Assembly (NCBI GenBank): GCA_014905635.1
Contig: JABVCE010000013.1
Coordinates: 930,001-994,000 of the forward strand
Direction of reading: 5' to 3'
Length of the DNA stretch: 64,000 bases
DNA from: Scenedesmus sp. PABB004
Lineage: Eukaryota
Each line of letters starts with the position of its first letter. Positions within the stretch are counted from its first letter, which is position 1. Under the pieces are notes generated by a model. The model did no database searches and was not told where the DNA came from. It saw only the letters and a list, made by a program, of their open reading frames with translations. The translations under genes were made by a program, and so were the position numbers. This document shows positions 36,131-47,959 of the stretch, in pieces.

Positions 36131-36182
36131 GCGGGACGCGACATGAAGCGCCTGCGATTACCGCGCCCGCAGCTGGAGCAGC

Positions 36183-39063
36183 TCACGCCGCCTGCGGCTG
36201 GGCACCGCCGACGCCGCCGCCGGCGCCGCCGCCGCGCGCGGGCAGCACCGCCAGGTGCCGCATTGTGGGCCGGCCGTGCGGGCAGTTCCAGGGCGCGTCC
36301 AGCTGCGCGAGGCGCGCCAGGATGCGCGCCTGCTGCTGCCGGCTGAGCGGAGCGCCGATCATCAGCGAGGTGCGACACGCGCGGCTGGCCAGCATGTCAC
36401 GCACGCTGCGGGGCGGCGGGGGCGGCCAGCGGTGGGCGGCGGCCGGCCAGCCCTCGTGGGCCGGCCGCGCGCAGGGAGCGCGCCCCCGCTGCTGGCGCCA
36501 GCCCTCTGACCAAGTCCCAAGTCCGCGCAGCATGCGCTGCAAGCGCGGCCCACCGCTTGGGCCGCACGTCCTGCGGCCGCTGCTCGCCCGCGGCGAGCTG
36601 GTCCAGCAGCTCGGCCAGCACCTCCTCGCCCAGCACGCCCGCGGCGCCGCTGCCGCGCACGAGCGGCACCGCCGACAGCAGCAGCTCGCCGTCGCCGGCC
36701 GCCGGCTCGCCGTGCTCGCCGCCGCCTGGGTCGCCGCCGCCGCGGCCGGCCGCCGCAGCGCCCTGCTGTCCCTGCTGCGCGTGCTGCGCGTGCTGCGCGT
36801 GCTGCGCGTCGCCGGCGTTGACAAAGTCAAAGCCGTTGCGCGTGAAGACGTCAAGGTGCTCCCGAATGACCGCCTGGTCGGTCGGCGTCAGCGCGGCCAG
36901 CCGGCGCGGCTGCAGCAGCGGCTGGCGGTTGGCCGCGTAGCTCGCCAGCAGCCGCTCGTACGTCGACTTCTCGTCTGCGCGCCGCGCCGCGCGCCGCGCG
37001 GACGGGCAGCGCGCCGCGCGGACGGGCAGCGCGCCGCCGCATGCATGGGCGGTGCGCCGCCGCCGCCGGCCGCGCGTCGGCAGCCCCGTGCTCAGCGCCG
37101 CCCCGCGCGCGCCGCGCGCCTCCGCCGCCGCCAGCGGGCAAAACACGCGCCGCGCGCCGCCGCACCCGCGGCGTGCTGGTCCACGATGAAGAGGTCCCGC
37201 CCCAGGCGGGCGATGATGAACCCCAGGTTGAACTGGCCCAGCGCCGCCATGGCGCCAAAGTCTGACTTTTCAAACACGCGCGACAGCTCGGCCGTCGCCG
37301 CGTCGGGCGACGCGGCGGGGTCGGCGGCGGCCGCGGCGTCCACCGGCGGCGGCGGCGGCTCCGCGGCCGGCGCGTCGCCCGCCGCGGCGGCGTCGCCCTG
37401 CGCGCGCGCGGCGGCGTGGGCGGGCGCGGCGGCGTGGGCGGCGGCGTGCGCGGGCGCAGGCGCGGTGCGCGCGCGGCACAGCCCCGCTTGGCCGCACCTG
37501 CAGCGACGCAGCCGCGAGCTGCAGCCCGCCGCCGGCGCCGGCCGCGCCGGGCGCGGCGGCGAGGCGCTGCTGCCGCAGCCGCGCCTCGACGTCCGCCAGC
37601 AGCTGCTGCAGGGAGTAGTCGAGCACCAGCGGCGGCCCCGGCTCCTCCTGCTGCGCCTGGGCGTGCGCCTGCGCCCCCTCGCTGCCCTGCCGCTCCAGCA
37701 GCACCACGTCATCGCCTTCGTCGGCGTCGCCGCCGTCGCCGCCGTCGGCGACCGCGGCGGCGTCAGCCGCCGGCCCCCCAGTCTCTGCCGCCGCCGGCGG
37801 GCTGCCCGGGCCGGCGCCGCCGTCCAGTGCCATCGCGTCGTCTGCCTGCGCGCACTCCCGCTCCGGCCCCTGCTCCTCCAGCCCAGGCCCCGCGCCCTGC
37901 TCTGCTGCCGCCGCCGCCGGCTCGCTGGCCTGCGGGCCGCCGCCAGCCGCCGGCTGCTGCTCGCGCAGCAGCTTGCGCGGCTGCGGCTCCACCACCGTGA
38001 TCTGGAAGCCGCAAGCTGCCAGGGAGCGCTGCCGGGCGTCGCCGCTGCCTGCGGCGCCCCGCGCCGCCGCGCCGCCGCGCTCGGCGCCTGCCGGCGCCGC
38101 CGGCTGGCCGCCGAGGCTGAACGCCGCCAGCCCCATCCCCGCCGCTGCCTGCTGCGCTGCGTGACGGCGCCGCTGCTGCTGCTGCAGCGAGCCAAAGCCG
38201 CCGCTGCCGCGCCGGCCGCCCGGGCTGCCCACGCCGGCGCCCGCCTCGCCGTCCGACTGCTGCTTCGACTCCTCGGCTGCCGCGCCCTCGTCGCCCTCGT
38301 CGCCCTCGTCGCCCTGGTCCTCCGCCTCGGACGCGCCGCTGCCGCGCCGCGCCCTGGCCGCCCGGCCCGGCGGCGCGGCCTCCGGCGGCCGCGGCCGCTT
38401 GCCCGTCGACGGCTGCCCCGCTGGGCTGCCGCCGCTGCCGCCCGGCGTGGCCATGCCAAACGACGCGAGGCTGGGCATCCGGCCGGCGCCGGCGGGCGTC
38501 CCCGCTCCCTCGCCGTCGCCTCCCTCCTCCTCCTCGCCCTCCTCCTCGTCCTCCCCCTCGTCCTCGCCCTCCTCCTCGTCCTGCACGTCGTCGCCGCCGC
38601 GCCGCGCGCCGGCGCGCGCGGCCGCCGCTGCCGGCGCGGCGGCGCGCTGTGAGTCAAACGCCTCGGCCGGCGCGTTGAGCGCGTAAGAGCAGCGCGACGG
38701 CTCCCACAGCGCCTGCAGCGCCTGCGGCGGCGTGGCGGCCGGCAGCGTCGTCGCCTCGGCGGCGGCCGCGGCAGCGCAGCGGCGCAGCGGCCGCAGCGCG
38801 CCGCACGCCGCGCCTGGGCGAGCGCGGCCATGATGGCGGGCTCGCGCTGCACAAACACGCTGCGCTTGTCGGGCGTGACGTTGACGTCGTAGCTGCCGGG
38901 CGGCAGCTCGAGGCAGAGGAAGGCGAGCGGGCGCAGGCCGACCATGCTGGAGTACAGCGCCCTGCGCGGGCAGCACGGGGGGGGGGGGGGGGGGGAACGG
39001 GGGGAGGCGAGGCGAGGCGAGGCGGCGGCGGTCGCCGCGGGCGCGCGCGTGCAGGAGAGGCGG

Positions 39064-39094
<31 letters not shown>

Positions 39095-40289
39095 GCATGC
39101 GCCGGCGGCGGCGGCGCCGCCAGTGGGCGGCGGGCGCACTTGTAGGCGTCGTTCAGCGTCTTGGTCGCGCGCGGCAGGTCGACGGGGCGGCCGTTGATGG
39201 CGACAAACTGGCGCAGCTTGTCGCCCTTCACGCCGCAACCCGCGCGCGACACCAGCCTGGCGCGCCGCGGCGGCGGCGGCGGCGCGCTGTGGGCTTGCGC
39301 AGCGGCGCGGCTCGGCGCGCGGCTCGGCGCGCGCCAGTCCTGCTGCGCCGCAGCGCTGCTGCACACGCACCCCGTGACCCTGACGCCGCCGTCCAGATCC
39401 GCCTCGACCGGCTGCAGCAGCGCGGCGACCTTGGCGCCCAGCACCGCCGCGACGCGCTCCCGCAGCCCCGCGCCTGCCGCGGCGCGGCGCGGGGCGTGAG
39501 CGCGCCCGCCGCGGCGGCGCGCCCCGCGCGCGGCGGCGGCACGCGCCCCGCGCGCCGCGTCACCCGCGTTGGAGGTGGACACGAGCGTCGTGCGCGGCGC
39601 CTTGCCCGCCTGGTCGCTGGCGTAGAGCTGTGCGCCGCCGCAGAGCACCGCGTACTGCTGGAGCAGCAGCTTGAGCTTGCCGAGCTCGCGGCGCGCGTTG
39701 CGCGACAGCTCCTGCGGCGGCGGCCGCCGCCGCGCGCGTGGGCGCGCGCGCGGGGAGAGCGCCGCGCGGCGCCGCGCAGCGTCGCGCGGGCGCGCCGCGC
39801 GGGCGCGGCCGCACCTGGCGCCGCACGGGCAGCGGGGCGAAGAGGTCCTTCACCGCGACCGTGGTCCCGACGCCGCGCGCGCACGGCGCGCTGCCCGCGA
39901 GCCGGCCTGCGCGGTCAAACTCGAGCCGCACCGCGGCGGCCTGCTCCGCGGTGCGCGTGACGACCGAGAGCTCGCCCAGCGCGGCGAGCGAGCTGAGCGC
40001 CTCGCCGCGGAAGCCAAACGTGTGCAGCGCCTGAGGAGGGGCGGGGGAGGAGCGGCGGGCGCGTGAGCGCGGCGGACCTCGGGCTGCCGCCCCCGTGCTG
40101 CTGGCGCTGCCGCTGGCGCTGCTGGGCCGCCGCCGCCGCCGGCGGCCCTGGGCGCCGCCGCTGCCGCCGGCGGCCGCGCCGCCGTCACCTCGAGGTCCCC
40201 GAACGCGCGCAGCTTGCTGGTGTGGTACTTGAGCGCGAGCGCGGCGTGGTCCTCCGGCTTGACGCCGCGCCCGTTGTCGGCGACCTGCG

Positions 40290-40321
<32 letters not shown>

Positions 40322-40686
40322 GGGGTCCGCGTGCTGGCGCCGCGCGCTGGCATCGCGCGCCACCGCGCGCGCGGGCGCCCCCCCCCCCCCCAGCGCAGCA
40401 CGACGCGCCGCCGCACCTCTATCAGCGCGAGGCCGTGCTCCTTCAGCCGCACCTCCACGCTGCTCGCGCCCGCGTCGAGCGCGTTCTCCACCAGCTCCTT
40501 CACCGCCGTCGCCAGGTCGAGCACCACCTGGCCGCTGCAGATCTTGGCCACCGCGCCCTGGTCGATCGGCCGGATCGCCGGCGCGGCGGCGGGGTGCGGC
40601 GCCGCGCTGCCGCCGCTCCCGCTGCCGCTGCCGCCGCCGCTGCTGCCCGGCGCGGCGGCCACGCCGCCGCCGGGCGGCGTGGCCAT
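36183..40686 (-). CDS. PMS1: MutL-alpha endonuclease subunit (PMS1/PMS2), about 12 introns
   Basis: [100 protein letters not shown]. Confidence 0.96.
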
Positions 40687-41020
40687 GGCGGGGGTGTGCG
40701 CGGTGCAGACGCCGGTTGCAGCCGCGAGCGCGCTGGCTGGCGGCGGGCTGCGCACGGCGGGCGCAGGTTCAAACGGCGCGGCGCTCTGGGCGAGCGGGTC
40801 TGGGCGAGCGCGACGACAGCAGCGGCGGTTGGAGGAGGGCCGGGAGGGTGCGGCGGCGGCGTTGCTTTGGAGGCGCCTGCGCCGCGGCGGCGCAACGGCG
40901 CGGCGTGACGGCGGGGCCGCCCAAGACCGCGCGCCGGAGCAGCGCCAACGCCCGCGCCAATCGACAGCGAGCCAGGAACTCACCGGCACCCCGACAGCGC
41001 GCGCGCGTCGGTCGCGGACC

Positions 41021-43043
41021 ATGAGCCAGCCGCGGCCCTCGGGCGCGGTGTGCTGCGCCAAGGTCGACCTCGCGCAGCCAGCGCCTTCAAAGCACGACGC
41101 CGCGATGGCGCTCCCGGACGGCGGCGCGGCGCCGCAGCGCGACGAGGGGTGGAGCGTGGCGCCGCATCCGCGCCTCGTGGCCGCGGCACCCACGCGCGCG
41201 CAGTTTGACGACCCCGCCACCTCGCCCGTGGTCGTGATGCGCAACCCAACCGCGGGCGAGCAGGTGCGCGCTCGCGCAAGCACGTGCGCGCGCGGCGGCG
41301 CGCCGCGGCGACCAGCGCTGGCTGTGGAGCGCTGGCCACGCGCCGGGCGGCGCGGCGCGGGCCTGTCGCACGCGCCGGCGAGCCGTCCAGCTCCTGCGCC
41401 TTCTGGGGACCAGCAGGGACCTGTCGGCCGGCCACGCCGCCGCCGCCGCGCGCGCCGTCTGCGCAGACGATCGCCGGCAGCTCCGCGCTGGCCGAGCCGG
41501 TGCCCATCAACGGCGTGCAGCCCATCCCGGTCGAGACGGCGCTCTTCAAGGGCCACATGCTGCTGCACATCAAGTGCGCGGTGGCGCCACGGCTGGGGCG
41601 GGGCCACGCCGGCTCGCCGCCGCGGCCTCACCGCCGCCCGCGCCGCAGGGGCGTGCCGAGCACAGTGCCGGGCGTGTTTGAGGGGAAGAAGCGCTTCCTT
41701 CACTTTGCGCTGCAGGGGCGCTTCAAGCGGCCGATCAAGGCCAGCGATTACTGGACGGGGCACGAGTGGTTCAGCGTGAGCGACGTCATGCCGACCAGGT
41801 GCCCCGCGGCGCGGCGCGGCGCGGCGCGGCGGGGGGCAGCGCGCGGCGCCCGCTGGGCAGCACGGCGCGGCGCGGCGCGCGCGCGGACGCACGGCGCGGC
41901 GCGGCACGCGCGCGCGGCGGGCGGTGGGCCGTGCGCTGCCGCCAGCACCAGCGCCGCGTGGCCGCGTGCCGCGCGCACGCAGCTTTGTCAACATCGGCTA
42001 CACGGCGGCGGCCAAGATGTTCAGCAGCACCACGCGCGTCTGCGCGTCCACCGCGCACGGCCAGGTTGCTGGCTTCCTCAACCCGGTGCGCCCACAGCGG
42101 GCAGCCCGCTGCCGGGGCCCCCGCCAGCGCCCAGGCGCCTCTCGAGGCAGGCTGCCGGGGTTGTGTCTCGCGGCCGCCCGCCCGGGCGGCGCGCGCGGGC
42201 CCAGCCCAATTGTGCACGCCGCGCCGCCACCGCCGCCGCCGCCGCGCAGGTGATGGCGAGCTGCCAGCTTGTCAACGCGGCGCGCCCCGGCGAGGAGCCG
42301 CCGATCTGGGAGGCAACGGAGGACCTGCGCCTGCTCTGCCCGTCCCTGGTCGACAAGCACGGCAACCCGATGCCCGCGGAGAAGCGGCGCCGCTGGTTCG
42401 ACGTGCCCGCCAACGCAGTGCGCGCGCGCGCCGCCGCGCCCGGCCGCGCCGCGCGCTCGCGGCAGCCGTCGTCGCCACGCCGCGCGCTCGCGCGACGCCG
42501 CGCGCCGGCGTGCCGCAGGCGAGCGTGGAGATGGGTCCGGACCTGGTGTTCACGTGGCACGCGTGGCAGCACTGGTGCTGCATTTCGAGCTACCGCCTCG
42601 AGCTCTCCCGCCTGCTCTCCTTCGACCTCTGCATGTTCAGCGAGGGCCAGCCCATGCAGCTCATGGGCAAGGACACCGCGGTGCGGCGCGGCGGCACCGC
42701 GGCGGCACCGCGGCGGCACCGCGGTGGCACCGCGGCGGCACTGCGGCGGCACCGCGGCAGCTCACGCAGCGGCAGCGCGGCGCGCGGCGCGCGCCCGCCG
42801 GCGCAGCTGGTGCGGCTGTCGGCGCGGCGGCCTCTCTCAGCGGTCCGGGCGACTCACGGCCCCCTCCCGCCGCCGCCACACCTCTCTCTTGCACGCACAC
42901 AGACTGGCGAGTACTCCATCAACCTCCTGCTTTGGCACAAGCACCTGCTGTTCCAGGACGAGCACAGCCACACCCTGCGCGAGCGGCTCAGCAGCCTGCG
43001 CAGCAGCTGGCGCGGCCTGCTCGGCGGCGGCGGCGGCAAGTGA
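41021..43043 (+). CDS. DUF1769-family protein, 7 exons
   Basis: [67 protein letters not shown]...GQPMQLM, LWH match my recollection of the family pattern. Confidence 0.75.
42688..42753. repeat. Intronic minisatellite (GCGGCGGCACC)6
   Basis: Six 11-bp units, two with a single C>T change. Confidence 0.9.
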
Positions 43044-43328
43044 GCAGCTAGCGCGGCGGGGCGGCGGCGCCCGGGCGCGCCGCGCTCTGTGGCGCAGTGG
43101 CGCGGGCGAATAAGCGGAAACCAACCAGGTGTGCAGGCGGGCGCTTCTGTACAATTACACTGCGCTGCGCGGGCGGCGCAGTTGAATAACAATGAGCAGG
43201 AGCAGGGCGCCCGACCGCGGAACGGGCGCAAGCTGGCGTGCGTGGCTGCTGGGCGGTCACACGTGCTGCAGCTTGGCCGGCGCTGGCCGCGGGCGGCGGC
43301 GGCTCGTGAGGTTTGATGAGGGCCGAGG

Positions 43329-43333
43329 TTACA
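43329..43333 (-). promoter_or_regulatory. TGTAA polyadenylation signal downstream of the Cys-rich microprotein; a second copy at 43155-43159
   Basis: TTACA twice on the + strand, about 340 and 515 nt after the microprotein stop. Confidence 0.55.
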
Positions 43334-43673
43334 GAGCTCGAGGCTCGCTCCGGCAGGGAACGCGCGCGCGCCTGCGCGGCGCGCGGCGCGCGGCGAGGCC
43401 GACCAGGGGTGCGCGCACGACGACCGTGCCCGCTGTGCCGCGGCGGCGCCGCGCCAGCAGAGATGGCCGGCGCAGGCGCGTCGCACACGAATCAACAAAA
43501 CCAGCCCCCGCGCGAGGGCGCGCCGCCGAGTTGAGTTCACCGCGGAGTTGGGTTCAGGGACCGGGGCCCGGGGGCGCCCGTGCGGCGCCCATGTGTCGCG
43601 CCCATGTGTCGCCGCTCAGTTCATGCTGCTGCCGCCGGCTGCTGGCAGGCGCCGCCGCCATGCGCGGCGCTCT

Positions 43674-43823
43674 TCAGCCGTAGCGGACGGGGCCCCACTC
43701 GTCCGACGTCGACGGGCACCCGCAGCAGCAGCGGCAGGGGCAGCACAGGATGACGGTGAAGCAGTCGCACACGTCGCGCACGACCTTGAAGGGCAGGCAC
43801 AGCACGTCGGTGATGCAGCCCAT
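43674..43823 (-). CDS. 49-aa cysteine-rich microprotein (11 Cys), absent from the ORF track
   Basis: MGCITDVLCLPFKVVRDVCDCFTVILCCPCRCCCGCPSTSDEWGPVRYG*. Every sense codon ends in G or C while positions 1-2 are much less GC-rich; AGC-ATG-G start context; downstream TGTAA. Confidence 0.75.
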   Translation of the reverse strand: MGCITDVLCLPFKVVRDVCDCFTVILCCPCRCCCGCPSTSDEWGPVRYG

Positions 43824-44632
43824 GCTTGCGGCTTGGACGGGCGAGCGCGGCGGCGCTGGTCGGCAGCGGCAGGCGTGCGTGTTCGGCTCGCTGGGGGGCT
43901 GGTAGGCTGTTGGTTGGAGAGGCTGGATCGCTGCTCCTGGGCAGCGCGGCGGGGCCTTTGAGCGCGGGCGCGGCCCTCACACTGTGCCAGCTCCCGCTTC
44001 CGCGCTGCTGGACTTTGATGGAAGTGCGCCCGGCGCTCGAGCGCCCGCGGCGCCTGGCCCGGGAGCGACAGGCTGACAGCTCGCGACCAGTCGCGGCGCG
44101 CGGGGGCTGCGGGGAGGCCCGCGCCGCGCGCCGGCGGGCGTTCGCGGGCAGCGGCGCCGCTTTGATGGGCCGGGCGCCGGCGGTGCTTTGCTGGGGCGGG
44201 GAACGCCGGCATAGCAGCTACCAGAGGCGGGAACCAGCTGCTCGGGGGTCGCTGCAGCTCCGCGGTGCGGGAGCTCGCAGCGACCCTGCGCGTTGCACAA
44301 GCTGGTGGCAAGTCGCCGCCAGCGCTGCCATCCGAAGAACCTCGTGGGCAAACCATGCAGCAGCCAAGAGGCAGTGAAAGTCAGGGAGGCGGGGCGCGCC
44401 GCCAGGCGGGGCGCGCCGCGCCGGGCGCCCCCGCCGCCTGCGTTGTGCGTGCGCACGCGAACAGGACGAGAGCAGCAGGGGGTGGTGTTGAGTTGGTCGA
44501 TGCTCCTCCGCGCAGTAACCGCAGTGCAGCCAGCGCGCGCCCGCCGCGGGCGCGCGGGTGGGGCGCCCGCCCCGCCGCGCGCGCGAACGGTGCGCGGCAA
44601 ACCCACCCGCCGCGCGCGCCCGCTCTCTTTCG

Positions 44633-44658
44633 CTCTCTCTCTCTCTCTCTCTCTCTCT
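44633..44658. repeat. (CT)13 microsatellite
   Basis: Read directly; lies in the 3' region of the chromate transporter gene. Confidence 0.9.
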
Positions 44659-44799
44659 TCAGAAATCGGGTCCAATTCGCCGGCCCGGCCGTGCGCGGCG
44701 TGCGCGCGCGCGCGCCGCGACGCCGCCCACTCACGCCATATGTGCGGCCCAGCCGGTCACGCCACCTGTGCGGCCTCACGCCATCTGTGCGGCCCGCCC

Positions 44800-47432
44800 T
44801 CAAGCCATCTTGGCGGCCCAGGCGATGATTCCCATCACGCCGCCCGCGACGACGACGGCGGGCTCGAACAGCTTCAGCGTGTCGACCGCGGTGAACGCGA
44901 CGACGCCGATGCAGAGGCTCGTGGTCTTGAAGTTGCTCACCCCGAGCGCGCCGAGCGCGAGGCTAAACACGCTCGCGACGATGAGCCCCACGCCCGACGC
45001 GTTGAGCCCCGGCAGCGCGCGGCGGTAGAGCGCCCAGGTGCGGAAGCGGCCCCAGAACGGCATGACGCCTGGCGCGGGCGCGCGCGGGCGGCGGGCGCGG
45101 CGCGGCGCGGCCGTCGGCGGCGGGCCGGGGCGGCCGTCGGCGGCGGCGCGGGGCGTGGCGCAAGGCGCAGGGCAGCTCGCAGCGCGGCAGCGGCGTGGCG
45201 CGGCGCGGCGCAGGCAACAGTGCGGGGGCGCACCAAAGATGAGGAGAATGCCGGGTGAGAAGAGGCCGAACCAGGCGAGCAGCGTGCCGACGATGAAGGG
45301 GTAGCCCGCTGACGTGGCGATGATGGCGCCGAGGTAGGCGGCAAAGTTGAAGCTGGGGGAGGCGTGGAGGCGTGGAGGGGTGGAGGGGTGAAGGGGTGGA
45401 GGGGTGGAGGTTGGGAGGGGGCAGGGCGAGAGGGGAGCGGGGGGGGGGGGAGAGGCGGCGGTGCACACCGTGAGGCGGGCGGCAGGCGCTTGAGCGCAAG
45501 CGAGGGGCGCACGGGCGGCGCGGCGCGGTGCGGGCGCGGCGCGGGGGCGGTGCGGTGGCGCTCACAGTGGGCCGGGCATCGCCTGCGCGATGCCGAGGCC
45601 GGCGTAAAACTGCTCGCTCGTGACCCAGGTGTCGGGCGCGTCGACGCAGGCGCCGTTGGCGTCGCACGTCTGGCGCACGACGTCGGTGTACAGCATCGGC
45701 AGCACCACCTGCGCGCCAGCGCGGCGGCGGCGGCGCGGCGGGTCTGCAGCTGGGCGGGGCAACCGCACGGCGGCCGGCGGCAGCAGGGGGCCCGCGCGGG
45801 CGCGGGCGCGGGCGCGCGCGCGCCTGGCCGCCGCCGTAGATGATGGAGCCGGTGCGGTAGAAGACCTCCCACCACTTGAGCGGCGGCGGCGGCGCGGGCA
45901 GCGTGGAGCCGAGCACGACCGTCACGATCAGCACGGCGAGCCACACCGCGAGCGTGGCGCCGCCCCACCACACGTTCAGTCCGTGGCTCTTCACGCTCTC
46001 GTCCGTCGCCTGTGGCCGTGGCAGCGCCGGCGGCGGCGCGGCGCGTGGGCCGCTGCGCGCGCGCGGCAGCGGCGCGCGGCGAACGCGCGGCGGGCGCGCA
46101 CCTTGGGCGGCGGCAGCACCTCCTTTTTGTAGTAGCTCCACGCCACCGTGAGCAGCCCGCCGGCGGCGATGACGGCGGGGAAGGTGTAGGCCTGCGCGGC
46201 GCGGCGGCGCAGCGCCAACGCCCGCGGCGGCGGCACGCGCTCAGAGGCGGGCGCGCGCTCGGCCCGGCGGGCGCGCGTCAGGCCCGCGCTCGGCCCCCGC
46301 GCGCCCGCGCGGCGGGGTGATCAGCCCCCCGCGCCGCCTGCGTCCGCGCCTTTGGCCAGTAGTAGGCGATGACGGTGGCGGCGGTGCAGATGATGGCGGT
46401 CAGCGGCGTCGCGCAGAGCTTGCCCGCCATGCCCTTGGCCGCCGACGCGACGAGCGCGACGCCGACCGCCGCGACGCCTGCCGCGGGGCGCGGCGCGGCG
46501 CGGCGCGGCGCGTCGGCCGCCGCCCGCGCGCGCGGCGCGCGGCGCGGGCGTGGGCGCGGGCGCCCAAGCAGCGCGCGGCCGCACCCGACGCGACGCCCGC
46601 GAGGGGCCCCTTGGGGTCGACGAGCAGGCGGCCGGCAAAGACGCCGACGCCGGTCATGATGACCGCGCCGGGGTACTGGAACAGCGCGCCCGACAGCAGC
46701 CCGCCTGGCGCGGCGCCGCGCGGCGACGCGCGGCGCGGCGGGTGGGGCGCGAGCGCGTGGGCGCGCGCGCGTGGGGGCGCGCGCGTGGGCGCCCGCGCGG
46801 CCGCGCCCCGCGCCGCGCGGCGCGCCGTGCCCGCCCGCCAGCGCCGCCTGCCGCGCCGCCTGCCGCACCGGGGACGCCCTTTTTTATGACGCCGATGGCG
46901 AACGAGACCTGCGTGCTCGTGGGCCCCGGCATGAACTGCCCGAGCGCAAAGAGCTCGCCGTACACCTCGTCGCTCATCCAGCGCAGCTTGTCGACCAGGC
47001 GCTGCGGCGGCGCACGCGGCGTCGGCGGGCGCGGCGTCGGCGGCGGCGGCGGGCGGCGGCGGGCGGCGTCGGCGGCGGCGGCGGGTGGCGGCGGGCGGGC
47101 GTTCACGTGCGCGGCGCGCGCACCCGCTGGAAGAGTCCGATGTGGGCGGCGGGGCCGCCAAACGCGGTCCAGCCGAGCAGGGAGAACTGCTTGAAGATGT
47201 CGCCATAGCTCACGTCCACGTAGGCCGGCTCGGCCGGCTGCAGCTCGCCCTCGTCGGCGCCGGCGTCCTTGTGCGGTGCGGCGGCGCTCGCGATGGCGGC
47301 CTCGACGTCGGGGCTGCCGTCGCTGCCGCTCGCGGCGGCGGCGGGCAGGGCCTGGTCCGCCTGGTCCTCCTGCCCAGGCCGGTGGTGGCGCTGGTGCAGG
47401 CCGGGCCGCTCCGGCTCGCGCGCGCCAGACAT
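44800..47432 (-). CDS. Chromate ion transporter (long-chain CHR/ChrA family), about 10 exons
   Basis: LGWTAFGGPAAHIG, FALGQFMPGPTSTQVSFAIG, FYRTGSIIYGGGQ/VVLPML, GLGIAQAMPGPL/FNFAAYLG, ALPGLNASGVGLI: the two homologous CHR halves. Confidence 0.93.
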
Positions 47433-47959
47433 CGGCGTCGTTCGCTGGTGCTCTCGTCTCGCGGTCGGCGGCGGGCGCGCTCTCGCTCCTGGCCGCGGCG
47501 CTTGAGCGCGCGAGGGGCTGGCGCGCAGGGAGGAGCCCTGGCGGGCGCGGGCGAGGCGTGTGTGGCGGGCGCGAGTGATGGTCGGTGGCCGGGCGCGGCG
47601 CGGGCGGCGGGCTGGGTCGCGGCTGGGCGGCGGGCGACCTGCTCAGGTGCGCGAGGGCTGCGGCGCGGACCGGGAACGCGGGCGGGAGCAGTCTCAGCCG
47701 CCGCCACTGCCGCCGCACGACGGCGCTAGGTTCCGTCAGTCGTGTTAGATGCCTTGCCTGCGCCGCCGCCGCTCACCCGTCGCCGCCGCTCGGCCTGCGC
47801 ACCCCGGCTTGTGCGGCGGCCGCGGCGGTCGCGCGCCGCCGGCCCGTGCTGCGCTGCGCCTGTCGCGAGCGCCCGGCGCCGGCGAGCACGGCCGGCACGC
47901 GCGCGCCCTTCTCCTCCGAGCAGCGCGTGAGGCTGGCCTTGCGCCGGGGCCCGGGCCCG

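Noticed and set aside
42688..44820. Short repeat arrays as possible CRISPR arrays
   Set aside because: Units are 11-20 bp, tandem, without unique spacers of regular length; no cas genes; eukaryotic context.
45355..45450. TGGAGGGG repeats and a G-run in a chromate transporter intron
   Set aside because: Simple intronic repeat; G/C runs are common in introns here, with nothing to indicate a specific function.
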